A stretch of 64,000 bases of DNA, taken from assembly GCA_019090315.1 (NCBI GenBank), contig JAHRWD010000032.1:4870-68869 (forward strand), written 5' to 3'. Within the stretch, counting starts at the first letter, position 1. Each line of letters begins with the position of its first letter. Source of the stretch: Pseudomonadales bacterium. Lineage in GTDB: Bacteria; Pseudomonadota; Gammaproteobacteria; Pseudomonadales; JAHRWD01. The notes under the pieces were generated by a model. The model saw only the letters and a list, made by a program, of their open reading frames with translations. It made no database searches and was not told where the DNA came from. A program made the translations under genes and the position numbers. Of this stretch, positions 9,645 to 19,965 are shown in pieces.

Positions 9645-9685
9645 TAATTTCTCCTTTTGTAGCCTGATGGGCTTAGGCTCAATCC

Positions 9686-10654
9686 TTATTCGCTGATATC
9701 GATAAAACGCTTTACACAGTTACGGCCACTATTTTTGGCAAGATAAAGTGCCTGATCAGATTGCTCAAGCCATTGGTGGGCAGTCACTATTTCTGCATTC
9801 AGCTCAGAAATACCCAGGCTGATTGTAAATTTGATTTCAATTTCATCATACCGAACCCTCAGCTCTTCAATTCTTGATCGCATCCGCTCGGCAAAAATCA
9901 TCGCTTTCTCCACGGATGTATCGATCAGGATCACAACAAACTCCTCTCCACCATAACGGCCACAAATATCGGTGGTTCGTGCAGTTTCTCTGAGCGCTCT
10001 TGCAGTCTCCCGAATCACCTCATCTCCGGCCTGATGGCCATAGGTATCATTTACCTTCTTGAAATGATCAATATCAAAAATCACCAATGAGGCCGAACAA
10101 TTTGTACGACAAAATCGTTTAAATTCATCGTTCAGGCGTTCTTCCCAGTGCGCTCGGTTAAATAGCTGGGTAAGGCCATCGGTCCGACTAATGTCGGTAA
10201 GCTGAAGGTTGACCTCCTCAAGCGCCAACTTATTGGTTACGGTTTCAGTCACATCGTAAATAATGATCGCGATATGGCTGATCTCACCATCTGGCCCGGT
10301 AACCGGGATAAATGACGCATTCTGATACATAAAATCAGTCGTACCGGTAATCGGTCGGTAGCTTCTGAATTGAAACACAAACGGGCGTTGTTCCCAGCTT
10401 GAATAGGCCTTGTGCCCTAACAGAAAAATTGCATCAATGGTTCGCTGCAACCAGGATAAATCCTGATCAGGATAGACTTCGATCAATGTGCGATCAATCA
10501 CAGTGGCGGGCGACATACCGCTGTGGCTAGTCATAAAACCGTTCCACACCTGTACTCTGCGTTCCCGGTCTAGCCCAACAATCCCAACATCAATCGTCTG
10601 AAGCGTATCCAGCAACCAATGTATCTCTGAAAAATCAGTAATTTTTTGAATCAC
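9686..10654 (-). CDS. PAS-GGDEF diguanylate cyclase
   Basis: DGLTQLFNR, DIDHFKKVNDTYGH, RxxD I-site (RTTD) and RYGGEEF; N-terminal PAS-like region. Confidence 0.92.
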   Translation of the reverse strand: MIQKITDFSEIHWLLDTLQTIDVGIVGLDRERRVQVWNGFMTSHSGMSPATVIDRTLIEVYPDQDLSWLQRTIDAIFLLGHKAYSSWEQRPFVFQFRSYRPITGTTDFMYQNASFIPVTGPDGEISHIAIIIYDVTETVTNKLALEEVNLQLTDISRTDGLTQLFNRAHWEERLNDEFKRFCRTNCSASLVIFDIDHFKKVNDTYGHQAGDEVIRETARALRETARTTDICGRYGGEEFVVILIDTSVEKAMIFAERMRSRIEELRVRYDEIEIKFTISLGISELNAEIVTAHQWLEQSDQALYLAKNSGRNCVKRFIDISE

Positions 10655-10660
10655 ACCAGG

Positions 10661-11647
10661 TTACTCCGCAAGCAGGGCGGCAAAATGATTAAGGCTTTCA
10701 ATCGAGTCACCGGTAAACAGCAGTGCCAGGCTGCAGCTAATGTCATGATTCTCAATGGTATAGGCCATATGCATGGTCAGGATCTGCTTATCCTGCTCAT
10801 CGATATTGCTGCTGATATTAGAAGCATTCATATGGGTTCCGATAATGACCGGGTGACCCAGACTGAAGTGAATATCAAACTGGCTCGCAATACCATTCAA
10901 ACATGGACCAATCATCAAACTTGCCAGACCCAGAAGGGTATCAAGATCAGATGACTCGCCTAACCCCTGGAGTGAGGCGATCTTTGAAATATCTTTGTAA
11001 CTCGAATCCGTCAATATCAGCAGCGCCTCTCCCGCTATACCTTTACCAATAAAACCCTGGGAAACCACCGAAACCTGTTCTCCCTCATTCATTTGCGAAA
11101 TTGCCTCGCGAATCTGTCCCTTCTGGGACAGTGAGATTTTCGGAATCGGAGCCTGCACAAACACACCCATCATTTTGGCCAGTAGCTCCGCTGCCTGTCC
11201 CATCGCTACGTTGGCAATCTCCTGGTAGCTATCCCAAATCGACACTTCCATGTCAACTTCTCGATTACCAACAGAATCCTGATCGTGAATGCCATACTGC
11301 TTAAGAATTGCTGATATTTTTTCCGGGCTGGCGGGCTTTTTAATAAAGTCCATAGCGCCCAACGCGATCACCCGTTCATAGGCCTCTGGTTGTACATCTC
11401 CGGACACGACAATAATCATGGTAGGAAGGTCTAGTTCGCGCACCAGGCGGAGCACCTCATAGCCATCCATAACCGGCATATTCAGATCAAGAAATAGTAC
11501 ATCAGCTTTGCCATCCTTGACCGCCTGAATGCATTCTTCGCCGTTTGCACTGTAGTGGATTTCAATATCCCAGTTTTCGGGCAAAGCACGAGCCATCTGC
11601 TTTCGGGCAAATCCGGAATCGTCACAAATTTGTACAGGAATCGTCAT
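10661..11647 (-). CDS. Response regulator receiver fused to a CheC-like domain
   Basis: REC with ICDDS, FLDLNMP, VSGD and IKKP; C-terminal DSYQEIAN matches the CheC DxxxExxN motif. Confidence 0.85.
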   Translation of the reverse strand: MTIPVQICDDSGFARKQMARALPENWDIEIHYSANGEECIQAVKDGKADVLFLDLNMPVMDGYEVLRLVRELDLPTMIIVVSGDVQPEAYERVIALGAMDFIKKPASPEKISAILKQYGIHDQDSVGNREVDMEVSIWDSYQEIANVAMGQAAELLAKMMGVFVQAPIPKISLSQKGQIREAISQMNEGEQVSVVSQGFIGKGIAGEALLILTDSSYKDISKIASLQGLGESSDLDTLLGLASLMIGPCLNGIASQFDIHFSLGHPVIIGTHMNASNISSNIDEQDKQILTMHMAYTIENHDISCSLALLFTGDSIESLNHFAALLAE

Positions 11648-11751
11648 GGTAATACGTTTATTGATCCAAATTAGAAAATCTTAATAGTGAAAAAGTATAG
11701 CAGCTGACTCAACATTACGAGGTTTGTCATAAGATGTAGGCAGGTGGTCAA

Positions 11752-12939
11752 TCAGCCCGATGATGACTTCAGGGCATTTAATATTTGATCAAAATCACGA
11801 TTAAATTTAGCATCATCTTTCTGGCTTAGCAGCTCGGTAACACTGTCCATGATCGATCGAAAACCGGAGTCAATCCTGAGCCCATCGTTAAAGGTTTTAT
11901 TGGCCTTGTCCAAACAGGTAGTAGCAATCTCTTCCATCACTTTTTCCTGTTCCAGGGTCAGCGAAAGATAGGTGAGTGCCTCATCTGTTTTTGTCGACAT
12001 ATCCTCTACACCTTCACAAATAGCCCGCATGATCTCCTGATAGGAGTTATCAATGGTTTGCATTGTGTCGTTCATTCGCTCGGTAAGCAGGGTCAATAAC
12101 TGCTTTTCTCGCTCAAGAATTCTCTGGTTATCCAATGCAATAACCCGCGTATTCAATCCCTGCACCAATGCAAAACTGTTGTCTTTTATAGTACCGTAGC
12201 GAGTTGGATCATCGATCGGCATATTTTTGATTAACACCGACACATTTTCGAAATTGCAGATGGTACGGTCACCAAAATCGTAGTATCGGCCAGCATCCAT
12301 CAATTCGCTCAGAAGCTTACTTTCAAGCTCCCGAGGCATGCCATTGGCCTCCATATTTTTGACACCGAACTTGCTACGAATCTGCAAACTACAATTCAGT
12401 GAATAATGTTTAGCCGCATTAAAGAACTGCTGGCCCAATGTATCAATGTTCTTTGAAACCCCTGATTCCAGCAAAAACTGAACGGTAATCCCCAGATCAC
12501 TGGTATCCGACATCGCCTGAAAAGCCATCTGGTTTGCCATTTGCAAATTGTTTCTCAGCTGGCTATCCGCTATTTTGTGAAATACCTCTTTGTTGATTCT
12601 GGAAACAATTACATCGTCACCGTAATCAAGGCTGATCCATTCGGTGCAGCCTTTTTCATAAGCGCCAAGGCGTTGTTCAACTGAAACTGCTGATGAACTC
12701 AGCAGGATAATCGGTATATGCTCACAGCCATCGTGCTGTGTAATCAACTGGCAAAATTCGAGACAATCAAATTCGTTTTCATCCATATACATGATGAATG
12801 CATCCACACTACCCAATTCTTCGATGGTATCGAGTGGTGTGCTCAAATCAGTTGTCTGAACCTCATAGTGCTGGGTTAGTCGTGAACCCACTAAATCAGC
12901 TTCCGAGGACGCACTCGAAAATAAGTGAAGCCTATACAT
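11752..12939 (-). CDS. Degenerate receiver-domain protein with uncharacterised C-terminal region
   Basis: REC-like N-terminus (HIPIILLSS, RLGAYEKGCTEWI) lacking the acidic pocket and Lys; C-terminal IKNMPIDDPTRYG segment and coiled coil. Confidence 0.7.
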   Translation of the reverse strand: MYRLHLFSSASSEADLVGSRLTQHYEVQTTDLSTPLDTIEELGSVDAFIMYMDENEFDCLEFCQLITQHDGCEHIPIILLSSSAVSVEQRLGAYEKGCTEWISLDYGDDVIVSRINKEVFHKIADSQLRNNLQMANQMAFQAMSDTSDLGITVQFLLESGVSKNIDTLGQQFFNAAKHYSLNCSLQIRSKFGVKNMEANGMPRELESKLLSELMDAGRYYDFGDRTICNFENVSVLIKNMPIDDPTRYGTIKDNSFALVQGLNTRVIALDNQRILEREKQLLTLLTERMNDTMQTIDNSYQEIMRAICEGVEDMSTKTDEALTYLSLTLEQEKVMEEIATTCLDKANKTFNDGLRIDSGFRSIMDSVTELLSQKDDAKFNRDFDQILNALKSSSG

Positions 12940-13212
12940 ATCTACATTCTCCAGTTTATTTTTGGTATACGGCCCCCAATAATTTGAAGGTCTACACCCA
13001 GTTCCTTTTCCCTAGAATTTCTGGACAATCATCAATCAGGCAATTGGTATTGTTAATCAACACTTCACTGTACAAAATCACCCGAAGATTATTAAGAATA
13101 GAACAAACTATTGATCTGAGGAATGTTTTGAAAAAAAGAGGGTTTTTAAACGTAGTGCGGCTTTTTTATGCGAAACTCCGCTTAGCTAAAGCTTGCTTCA
13201 CGGCCAGTGGGT

Positions 13213-14028
13213 TTATGTTTGGCAGCGCTTACAAAACACTGTTTGCCGCTGACCAATGCGACTTTCAATAAGTGTGCGATTACATCGATGGCAGGCTAGC
13301 CCAGCTCGATCATAAACCTGTAACGATTGCTGAAAATAGCCCGGCTTTCCCTCATTGCCGAGGAAATCCCGAATGCTTGAGCCGCCCTGTTCAATGGCTT
13401 GCTGAAGGGTTTCAGTAATCGCATCCGTAAGTTTCTGGTAACGTTTCAGGCTGACTGAACCGGCCTTGCGATCCGGTCGGATACCAGCAATATAAAGTGC
13501 TTCATTTGCATAAATATTCCCCACCCCCACCACCACAGCCTGATCCATAACAAACGTCTTGATCGGCATATTACGTTTTCTTGAATGCTTAAAAAGATAC
13601 TGGCCAGTAAAATTTTCAGACAGTGGTTCTGGCCCCAATTTTTCCAATAGTGGGTGTTGCTTAACAGCACCCTCGATCCACATTACCGCACCAAAACGCC
13701 GTGGATCTGTATAGCGTAAACACTGACCGTCAGAAAAACAGATATCCACATGGTCATGTTTGCCTGGCTCGACCGCCGTATTCAAAACCCGAAGATTGCC
13801 CGACATGCCCAGATGAATCAGCAGATGACCGCGATCAAACTCCAGCAACAGGTATTTTCCACGCCGCCTGGTTGCAACCACTCGTTGGCTGACCAATATG
13901 CGTTCTAGATCTTCAGTCACTGGCCAGCGTAATTTTGGTTGCCGAACGACCACCGAGCTCACCGTATGATCCAATATATGAGGCTCAATTCCTCTACGTG
14001 TGGTTTCGACTTCAGGAAGTTCAGGCAT
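13213..14028 (-). CDS. mutM: Formamidopyrimidine-DNA glycosylase
   Basis: MPELPEVE, RRGKY, HLGMSG, DPRRFG, GVGNIYANE and a C-terminal zinc finger. Confidence 0.97.
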   Translation of the reverse strand: MPELPEVETTRRGIEPHILDHTVSSVVVRQPKLRWPVTEDLERILVSQRVVATRRRGKYLLLEFDRGHLLIHLGMSGNLRVLNTAVEPGKHDHVDICFSDGQCLRYTDPRRFGAVMWIEGAVKQHPLLEKLGPEPLSENFTGQYLFKHSRKRNMPIKTFVMDQAVVVGVGNIYANEALYIAGIRPDRKAGSVSLKRYQKLTDAITETLQQAIEQGGSSIRDFLGNEGKPGYFQQSLQVYDRAGLACHRCNRTLIESRIGQRQTVFCKRCQT

Positions 14029-14103
14029 AAATCCGGGCTCTGGGGGTACTATGAATAAAATATCAGGCTAAAATGGCCGTTTTCACGAGGGTAGCAAATC
14101 AGC

Positions 14104-16086
14104 ATGATTCTGGGTATCGATACCGGCGGCACATTTACTGATTTTGTTCTTCTCGACAGGGGAGAAGTTTCCATTCACAAGGTGCTCTCCACCCCGGATG
14201 CACCGGAACAGGCAATCCTGCAGGGGATCGCCGATATGAATCTACATCCTCATATAAAAACCGGCGCATTACGGATCATTCACGGAACCACCATTGCAAC
14301 CAACGCGGCACTGCAGGGCAAAGGTGTAAAAACCGTTTTCATCACCAACCTCGGCTTCGCCGATATGCTAACCATTGGTCGCCAGGCTCGTGAAAAGCTG
14401 TATGACCTTCAGCCCACTCGGCAACCCATTCCCGTTCCCGCAGAACTGTGTCTAGAGATCGATATCCGAACCGATCATCAGGGTAACCTGTTGCGGGATC
14501 TGGACCCTGAAAAGCTCAGCAAGCTGAGCACACAAGTTGAGCAGCTCGATCCCGACGCGGTTGCTATCAACCTGCTCTATTCATATCGCAATGACAGCCA
14601 TGAAAAACAGATCGAAGCATCGTTACCGGAAAACCTGTTTGTATCCCGATCATCCAGGGTATTGCCGGAATACAAAGAGTACGAACGGGGCATGGCAACC
14701 TGGCTAAATGCCTGGCTGGGACCATTGGTTGAACAATACCTGACACGCTTAAAGGCTCAACTGGCACCGGCAAATGTTGCGATTATGCAATCATCGGGCG
14801 GCACTATCGATATCGATCAGGCCTCCCAACGAGCTGTGAATCTGCTGTTATCCGGCCCGGCGGGTGGGCTGGCTGGGGCGGCATACATGGGCAACCAGCT
14901 TGCCAAAAACCGGCTAATCACCTTTGACATGGGTGGCACTTCTAGCGACGTCGCATTGATCGATGGAAACATCGGTCTCACCACTGAATCAAAAATTGGC
15001 CCCTACCCGGTAGCGGTTCCAACCGTGGATATGCATACCATTGGTGCCGGTGGTGGCTCGGTGGCATATCTCGATAGCGGCGGGCTGTTACAGGTTGGCC
15101 CTGAATCCGCCGGTGCAAACCCCGGCCCCGCCTGCTATGGCAAGGGCGGTCACAAACCAACGGTCACCGATGCCAACGCGGTATTGGGGCGACTGCGACC
15201 AGATGCATTTTTAGGCGGTCGAATGAAGCTTGATATTGATGCCGCGCAGCGGGCGGTTGCCTGCCTTGCCCAACCACTTGGGTTAACACTTGAGGAAACC
15301 GCCCTCGGTATATTACAGGTTGCCAATCAGCATATGATCAGGGCACTACGAGTCATCTCTGTCGAACGCGGAATTGATCCGCGTGATTTCACACTATGCT
15401 GTTTTGGTGGTGCTGGCGGGCTGCATGTTTGCGCGCTGGCAGAAGCGTTGTCGATATCATCGATATTGGCTCCCGTACACGGTGGCGTGCTGTCTGCCTT
15501 TGGTATGCTGGTTGCGCCGCCGGAACGGCAACTGTCGCGCACCTGGCAGACGCTACTGGAACAGGCAGACAGTGGCGCAATCGAGGAGATCCTCGAAGGC
15601 ATGCGAACCCGAGGTGAAAATGAATTGAGCCGGGAAAATATTCCCCGTGAGACGATTGAAACCCTGCCAACTCTCGACCTTCGTTACGCCGGCCAATCCT
15701 ACACCTTGAATGTACCCTGGGAAAATCTGACCTCAGCCGAAGCCGCCTTCCATCAATTACATTTTCAACGCTACGGTCATCAGTTTGAATTGCCGGTGGA
15801 GCTGGTCAATATTCGACTGGCGGTACGGGCCACACCCCAGATCATTGAACTGGCGGCGCAACTCAGCGAGATGAATCAAACTTCAGATAGCACAGCCAGT
15901 GAAACCCTGGCGCTGCCAGGAATCAAACAGCCGGTAACGGTTATTGCGCGTGATCAGCTGACTACGGGGCACTGTTATCATGGACCGCTATTGATTACTG
16001 AACAAACCGCAACAACACTGATCGCTGAGGGCTGGTCGGCGCAACTTGATCGACTTGGCAACCTACAAATAGAGCTACTTAGGTAA
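14104..16086 (+). CDS. Hydantoinase/oxoprolinase family protein, A (ATP-binding) subunit
   Basis: GIDTGGTFTD, HGTTIATNA, SGPAGG, DMGGTSSD, TIGAGGGS and GPESAGANPGPACYG. Confidence 0.92.
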   Translation: MILGIDTGGTFTDFVLLDRGEVSIHKVLSTPDAPEQAILQGIADMNLHPHIKTGALRIIHGTTIATNAALQGKGVKTVFITNLGFADMLTIGRQAREKLYDLQPTRQPIPVPAELCLEIDIRTDHQGNLLRDLDPEKLSKLSTQVEQLDPDAVAINLLYSYRNDSHEKQIEASLPENLFVSRSSRVLPEYKEYERGMATWLNAWLGPLVEQYLTRLKAQLAPANVAIMQSSGGTIDIDQASQRAVNLLLSGPAGGLAGAAYMGNQLAKNRLITFDMGGTSSDVALIDGNIGLTTESKIGPYPVAVPTVDMHTIGAGGGSVAYLDSGGLLQVGPESAGANPGPACYGKGGHKPTVTDANAVLGRLRPDAFLGGRMKLDIDAAQRAVACLAQPLGLTLEETALGILQVANQHMIRALRVISVERGIDPRDFTLCCFGGAGGLHVCALAEALSISSILAPVHGGVLSAFGMLVAPPERQLSRTWQTLLEQADSGAIEEILEGMRTRGENELSRENIPRETIETLPTLDLRYAGQSYTLNVPWENLTSAEAAFHQLHFQRYGHQFELPVELVNIRLAVRATPQIIELAAQLSEMNQTSDSTASETLALPGIKQPVTVIARDQLTTGHCYHGPLLITEQTATTLIAEGWSAQLDRLGNLQIELLR

Positions 16087-16093
16087 GAAATTT

Positions 16094-16963
16094 CTAGCCG
16101 ATAGTTCCGATTTTCATTCCTACCTGAACATCGGACAACTCATCCAGATTTGAATCCCACTCAACCACATCCTCGCCAAACAAAACGATCGCCGTAGAGC
16201 CCATTTTAAAACGCCCCATCTCATCACCTTTTTTGAACTCAATGGGTGTAGGTGGCTGGGTGTAGTTAACCTGTGTCAGCTGCCTTTTTGGCGGAGCTAT
16301 CTGCCCTGCCCAAACCGTTTCGATACTGCCGACAATCATCGCTCCAACAAGAATCACCACCATCGGCCCACGCTCGGTATCGAAACTACAGATCACTCGC
16401 TCATTACGCGCAAACAGACCATCCACCTGCTCGCTGGTGGTTTGGTTGACCGAGAACAATGCGCCGGGCACGTAGGTCATACTTTTTAATGTGCCGCCCC
16501 ACGGCATATGAACCCGATGATAATCCTTTGGGGACAGGTATACGGTCATAAATGAACCATCGACGAAGGCTTCCGTCAGCTCCGCATCGTCCGCCAACAG
16601 CTGCTTCAAGCTAAAGGCTTTTCCTTTGGCCTGGAGCAATTGGCCCTGATCAATTTTGCCCATCTGGCTAATCTGGCCATCCGCCGGGGAAACCACACTA
16701 TCCGTTGTGGCATCAATTGGGCGAGCACCTTCAGCCAGAGCGCGGGTAAAAAAATCGTTGAATGTGGCGTAATAGCGCGGATTGGGTTCCGCTGCTTCCG
16801 CCATATTGACATGAAAGGTTTTGATCGCTTTACCGATCAGATAGTTCTTTAGCCAGGGGATCTGGCTTTCGGTCAGCAACCCCGCCAGCCGTGAAACCAG
16901 ATGCTGGGGCACCAGATATTGCAGAAGAATAAATAGTTTTTGCTTTAGGTCTGTTTTTGCCAC
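16094..16963 (-). CDS. psd: Phosphatidylserine decarboxylase proenzyme
   Basis: FNDFFTR, SPADG, YLSPKDYHRVH, RNER and cleavage site FKMGST. Confidence 0.96.
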   Translation of the reverse strand: MAKTDLKQKLFILLQYLVPQHLVSRLAGLLTESQIPWLKNYLIGKAIKTFHVNMAEAAEPNPRYYATFNDFFTRALAEGARPIDATTDSVVSPADGQISQMGKIDQGQLLQAKGKAFSLKQLLADDAELTEAFVDGSFMTVYLSPKDYHRVHMPWGGTLKSMTYVPGALFSVNQTTSEQVDGLFARNERVICSFDTERGPMVVILVGAMIVGSIETVWAGQIAPPKRQLTQVNYTQPPTPIEFKKGDEMGRFKMGSTAIVLFGEDVVEWDSNLDELSDVQVGMKIGTIG

Positions 16964-17032
16964 GGTCCGCTACTCTCATGTTCGAATAGCAATATTGTAC
17001 CAAATATGGACGATCTCAATGCCTGTTAGCAA

Positions 17033-18679
17033 TTAGCCTGTTTTGGGACGTGCTGCCAGCGAATCAAACACGAAACGGGTACTTTTACAGATCCTTTTGA
17101 ATAGCAGGTAATCCTTCTCTGAAAGTGCTTTGCTATTGATACCATTGTCCAGGTAACAGACACCGATCGCACGTTTATCTGAAAACAATGATGCCATAAA
17201 AAATTCATTGGAATCATGGATATTTTTAACAAAATTTGAGGGTAACAGTTTCTCGATATCCTTTTTATCTACAGGTTTCACCCAGATGTTGCGCGGGGAT
17301 TTAATCATCTGCGACATCAGCGGTGAGGTTAAATAATCGAAATGCAGCCCTTTCATGCCACTTAGTTCCACGGTGCCAAAACAGTGGGAGATCCGCACCG
17401 ATGCCCGTCTTGGGTCTCGTAGCCCAATGGCCACACGGTTAACACCAAGTTCACGCTTCAGGGTCATGCCCAGGATGTAGAATAGCTGTTGTAGGTCTTG
17501 CACTGTATCTGGTTCATTCTCGAACTGGTCAATCAACTGGTTAATATTTTTCTCCAGGCCTTTTTCCCTGACTGCTTCAATTGTGTTTGTTTTCGCAGCA
17601 CCTATTTTGACTCCGGAAATTTTTGCTAGCACCGGTCTGGCAGGATCTGGTGCTGGCCGTGGCCAGGTATTAAACAGGTAGGTGGCCGATGCACGAACAC
17701 CGTGAATCAGGTAGTTTCGGGAATGATCCAGTATTGCCTGCTGGGTAATATTGACGGTGTTTAGTAGCGTGCAACGAAGGTGCCCGGCAACCTGTCCCAG
17801 CACCTGCGCTGCAAATTCGCCCTGCCACTGGGTTTGCAGGATATCCACCATTTCATGGGCTAGCACAATCGTGGTGGAAGCCGAGTTGATCTGACGATTA
17901 ACATCCACCGCGTCGGGTGCAGGGCTTACTTCCAGATCCGAAACACCCGCGGAAAATACAGAGAATGATTCTGCGCCGGTATATTCCGTATGCTCAACCG
18001 TTAGACTGGCCACTTTTGGAGTGTTCCAGTAATCCGTCAGCAGATCACATATATCCATAATCTGGCAGCCAAAAATCTCACGCTCAGCATTTAGTCTGAT
18101 CTCAGGATTTGCAGAGAACGCCAATACCAACCTTTGCATTTTTTCGGGTTCAATAATCCACAGCGCCCAGTAACCGGTACGATAGAACAGTGCTATCCAA
18201 AACAGCTCGTCGGCGGGGTAGTGGTTTTTATACCTTGTCCAATGCCTGGCTAGTGAGGCGGCAAACAAACTGCGATTGAGTCCTCGTAGGTATCCGGCAT
18301 TCTCTACTGGATCCGCTTCAACAGCAGAAACCACGATCGATTCTAACGCTTCCAATCCGATCAATGAGATGGCACGAGCAAGGGTTTTTACTTCGGATGC
18401 GCTGCCTCCCTCGGTGACAACGCGCATAAATATATGCAGTGCAAGGGCTGGGTCACGGCTTATTAACCGTTCAAGTGAGTTGAAATTAACTGTGTTTTTA
18501 GACAGTAGTTCCAGCACCTTGGTGCGAGTTCCCGGAAGGATAGGCATAACCGTATTGGCGATTTTTTCAGCCCAGAGACGCGCTGGTGACTGGGTCTTCA
18601 GATTTTCCATTTTAAATAAGGCACTGCTCGCCCGTTCGACATAATTACCATTAAGTCTAGCAGTTGGCTGAAAAATCAC
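17033..18679 (-). CDS. HDOD domain protein with C-terminal GAF-like domain
   Basis: ISRDPALAL..TLARAISLIG HDOD signature; C-terminal IGVCYLDN..FKRIC; sits between rsgA and psd. The true start may be the downstream ATG (MENLK...). Confidence 0.8.
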   Translation of the reverse strand: MIFQPTARLNGNYVERASSALFKMENLKTQSPARLWAEKIANTVMPILPGTRTKVLELLSKNTVNFNSLERLISRDPALALHIFMRVVTEGGSASEVKTLARAISLIGLEALESIVVSAVEADPVENAGYLRGLNRSLFAASLARHWTRYKNHYPADELFWIALFYRTGYWALWIIEPEKMQRLVLAFSANPEIRLNAEREIFGCQIMDICDLLTDYWNTPKVASLTVEHTEYTGAESFSVFSAGVSDLEVSPAPDAVDVNRQINSASTTIVLAHEMVDILQTQWQGEFAAQVLGQVAGHLRCTLLNTVNITQQAILDHSRNYLIHGVRASATYLFNTWPRPAPDPARPVLAKISGVKIGAAKTNTIEAVREKGLEKNINQLIDQFENEPDTVQDLQQLFYILGMTLKRELGVNRVAIGLRDPRRASVRISHCFGTVELSGMKGLHFDYLTSPLMSQMIKSPRNIWVKPVDKKDIEKLLPSNFVKNIHDSNEFFMASLFSDKRAIGVCYLDNGINSKALSEKDYLLFKRICKSTRFVFDSLAARPKTG

Positions 18680-18741
18680 CTGAATGCAATGCGGCAGCCT
18701 GCTCTCAGGTTAACGTAAACACTGTGTTAGCGAGAGGCCGA

Positions 18742-19803
18742 CTAGTCGTCTATTTCGTGAAGAATACGGCGGTAACTGTGTAGGCGTGATGGATGCAGAT
18801 GACCCTCTGCTTCCGCTTCGAGCAAAGCGCAACGTGGCTCCTTTAGATGCTTACAGTCTCGAAAATGGCATAGCCCGACGTATGGTCGAAACTCAACGAA
18901 ACCATCCGTGACCTCGCGCCGGGTGAGATGACTCAAACCAAATTCACGGATGCCGGGGGAGTCGATCAGGCTTCCACCACTGTGAAAATGATACAGCCGT
19001 GCAGTGCTTGTGGTGTGACGTCCCCGCAGGTTAGCGCTGGATACTGCACCGGTCTTAAGCTGTTCGTTCGGTAACAGCACCTGGATCAGTGACGATTTCC
19101 CAACCCCTGACTGACCAACAAATATACTGGTATGTTCATCCAGAGCCTTTGCCAGGCGATCCATTCCGTGATCCGAATAGGTCGACACTTCAAGCACGGT
19201 ATAGCCAATGTTGCGGTAAATGCTCAACAACCGCTCCAATGCCTGCCGGTTGCCGGCATCAATCAGATCACTTTTATTGAGCACCAATACTGGTTCAATT
19301 TCTAATCGTTCAGCTTCAACCAGATAGCGATCAATCAAAATTTCCAGCGGTTCAGGAAGCGATGAGATCACAATAAAAATGCGATCAATATTGGCCGCAA
19401 CCGGCTTAAGCTGGCCACGGCTGTCCGGACGTGAGAGTTCTGTCAGTCGCGGTTTAAGTGCTTCAATCACGCCGCTATTTTGCTTGTCAGCGCGCCAGAC
19501 CACCTGATCTCCCACCACAATATGGCCAAGGTTCGGGCGAAAATGACAACGATAGCTCCTTTTCTCTGGGTCAATATCCATATCAACAGGCTGACCAGAA
19601 AGCTCTAAACCGGCTTCCGTAGCCTCTATTTCAACCAGCGTTCCGTAGTGAGCGATCACCAGACCAGACTGCTCCGCCCCAAGTGCATCATCGGAAAACA
19701 GACTGTCGACCTGCGCATTTTTATGTTCAGCACGGCGGGCTTTTTCCTGCTGAACTTTTTCTATCCGCCAGGCCTGGCGGCGAGTTAGCTTTCGTTTGCT
19801 CAA
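18742..19803 (-). CDS. rsgA: Small ribosomal subunit biogenesis GTPase
   Basis: NKSD, GQSGVGKSS, GRHTT, DSPG and zinc site CHFRDCKHLKEPRC. Confidence 0.97.
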   Translation of the reverse strand: MSKRKLTRRQAWRIEKVQQEKARRAEHKNAQVDSLFSDDALGAEQSGLVIAHYGTLVEIEATEAGLELSGQPVDMDIDPEKRSYRCHFRPNLGHIVVGDQVVWRADKQNSGVIEALKPRLTELSRPDSRGQLKPVAANIDRIFIVISSLPEPLEILIDRYLVEAERLEIEPVLVLNKSDLIDAGNRQALERLLSIYRNIGYTVLEVSTYSDHGMDRLAKALDEHTSIFVGQSGVGKSSLIQVLLPNEQLKTGAVSSANLRGRHTTSTARLYHFHSGGSLIDSPGIREFGLSHLTRREVTDGFVEFRPYVGLCHFRDCKHLKEPRCALLEAEAEGHLHPSRLHSYRRILHEIDD

Positions 19804-19965
19804 GGTAGGTATTGCTCAGTCATAGTTACAAAAACAGGTATCAATTTAATCAGCGCTTCATTGCAGGCCGGGATCGCCCAACATAACAGATTCGGCAAAA
19901 CTGCTACAATCATCTTCTGTTTTATAAAAAGCTATTTCGAACATATAACCCCCTGGAGAACCTGA

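Noticed and set aside
12798-13271. 157-aa plus-strand ORF spanning the gap below mutM
   Set aside because: Overlaps two real genes on the opposite strand, has no recognisable motif, and looks like translated intergenic DNA.
19560-19630. Extra residues in the RsgA OB-fold loop as a possible micro-insertion
   Set aside because: No CCAA...AGGC or palindromic signature; consistent with ordinary loop-length variation.
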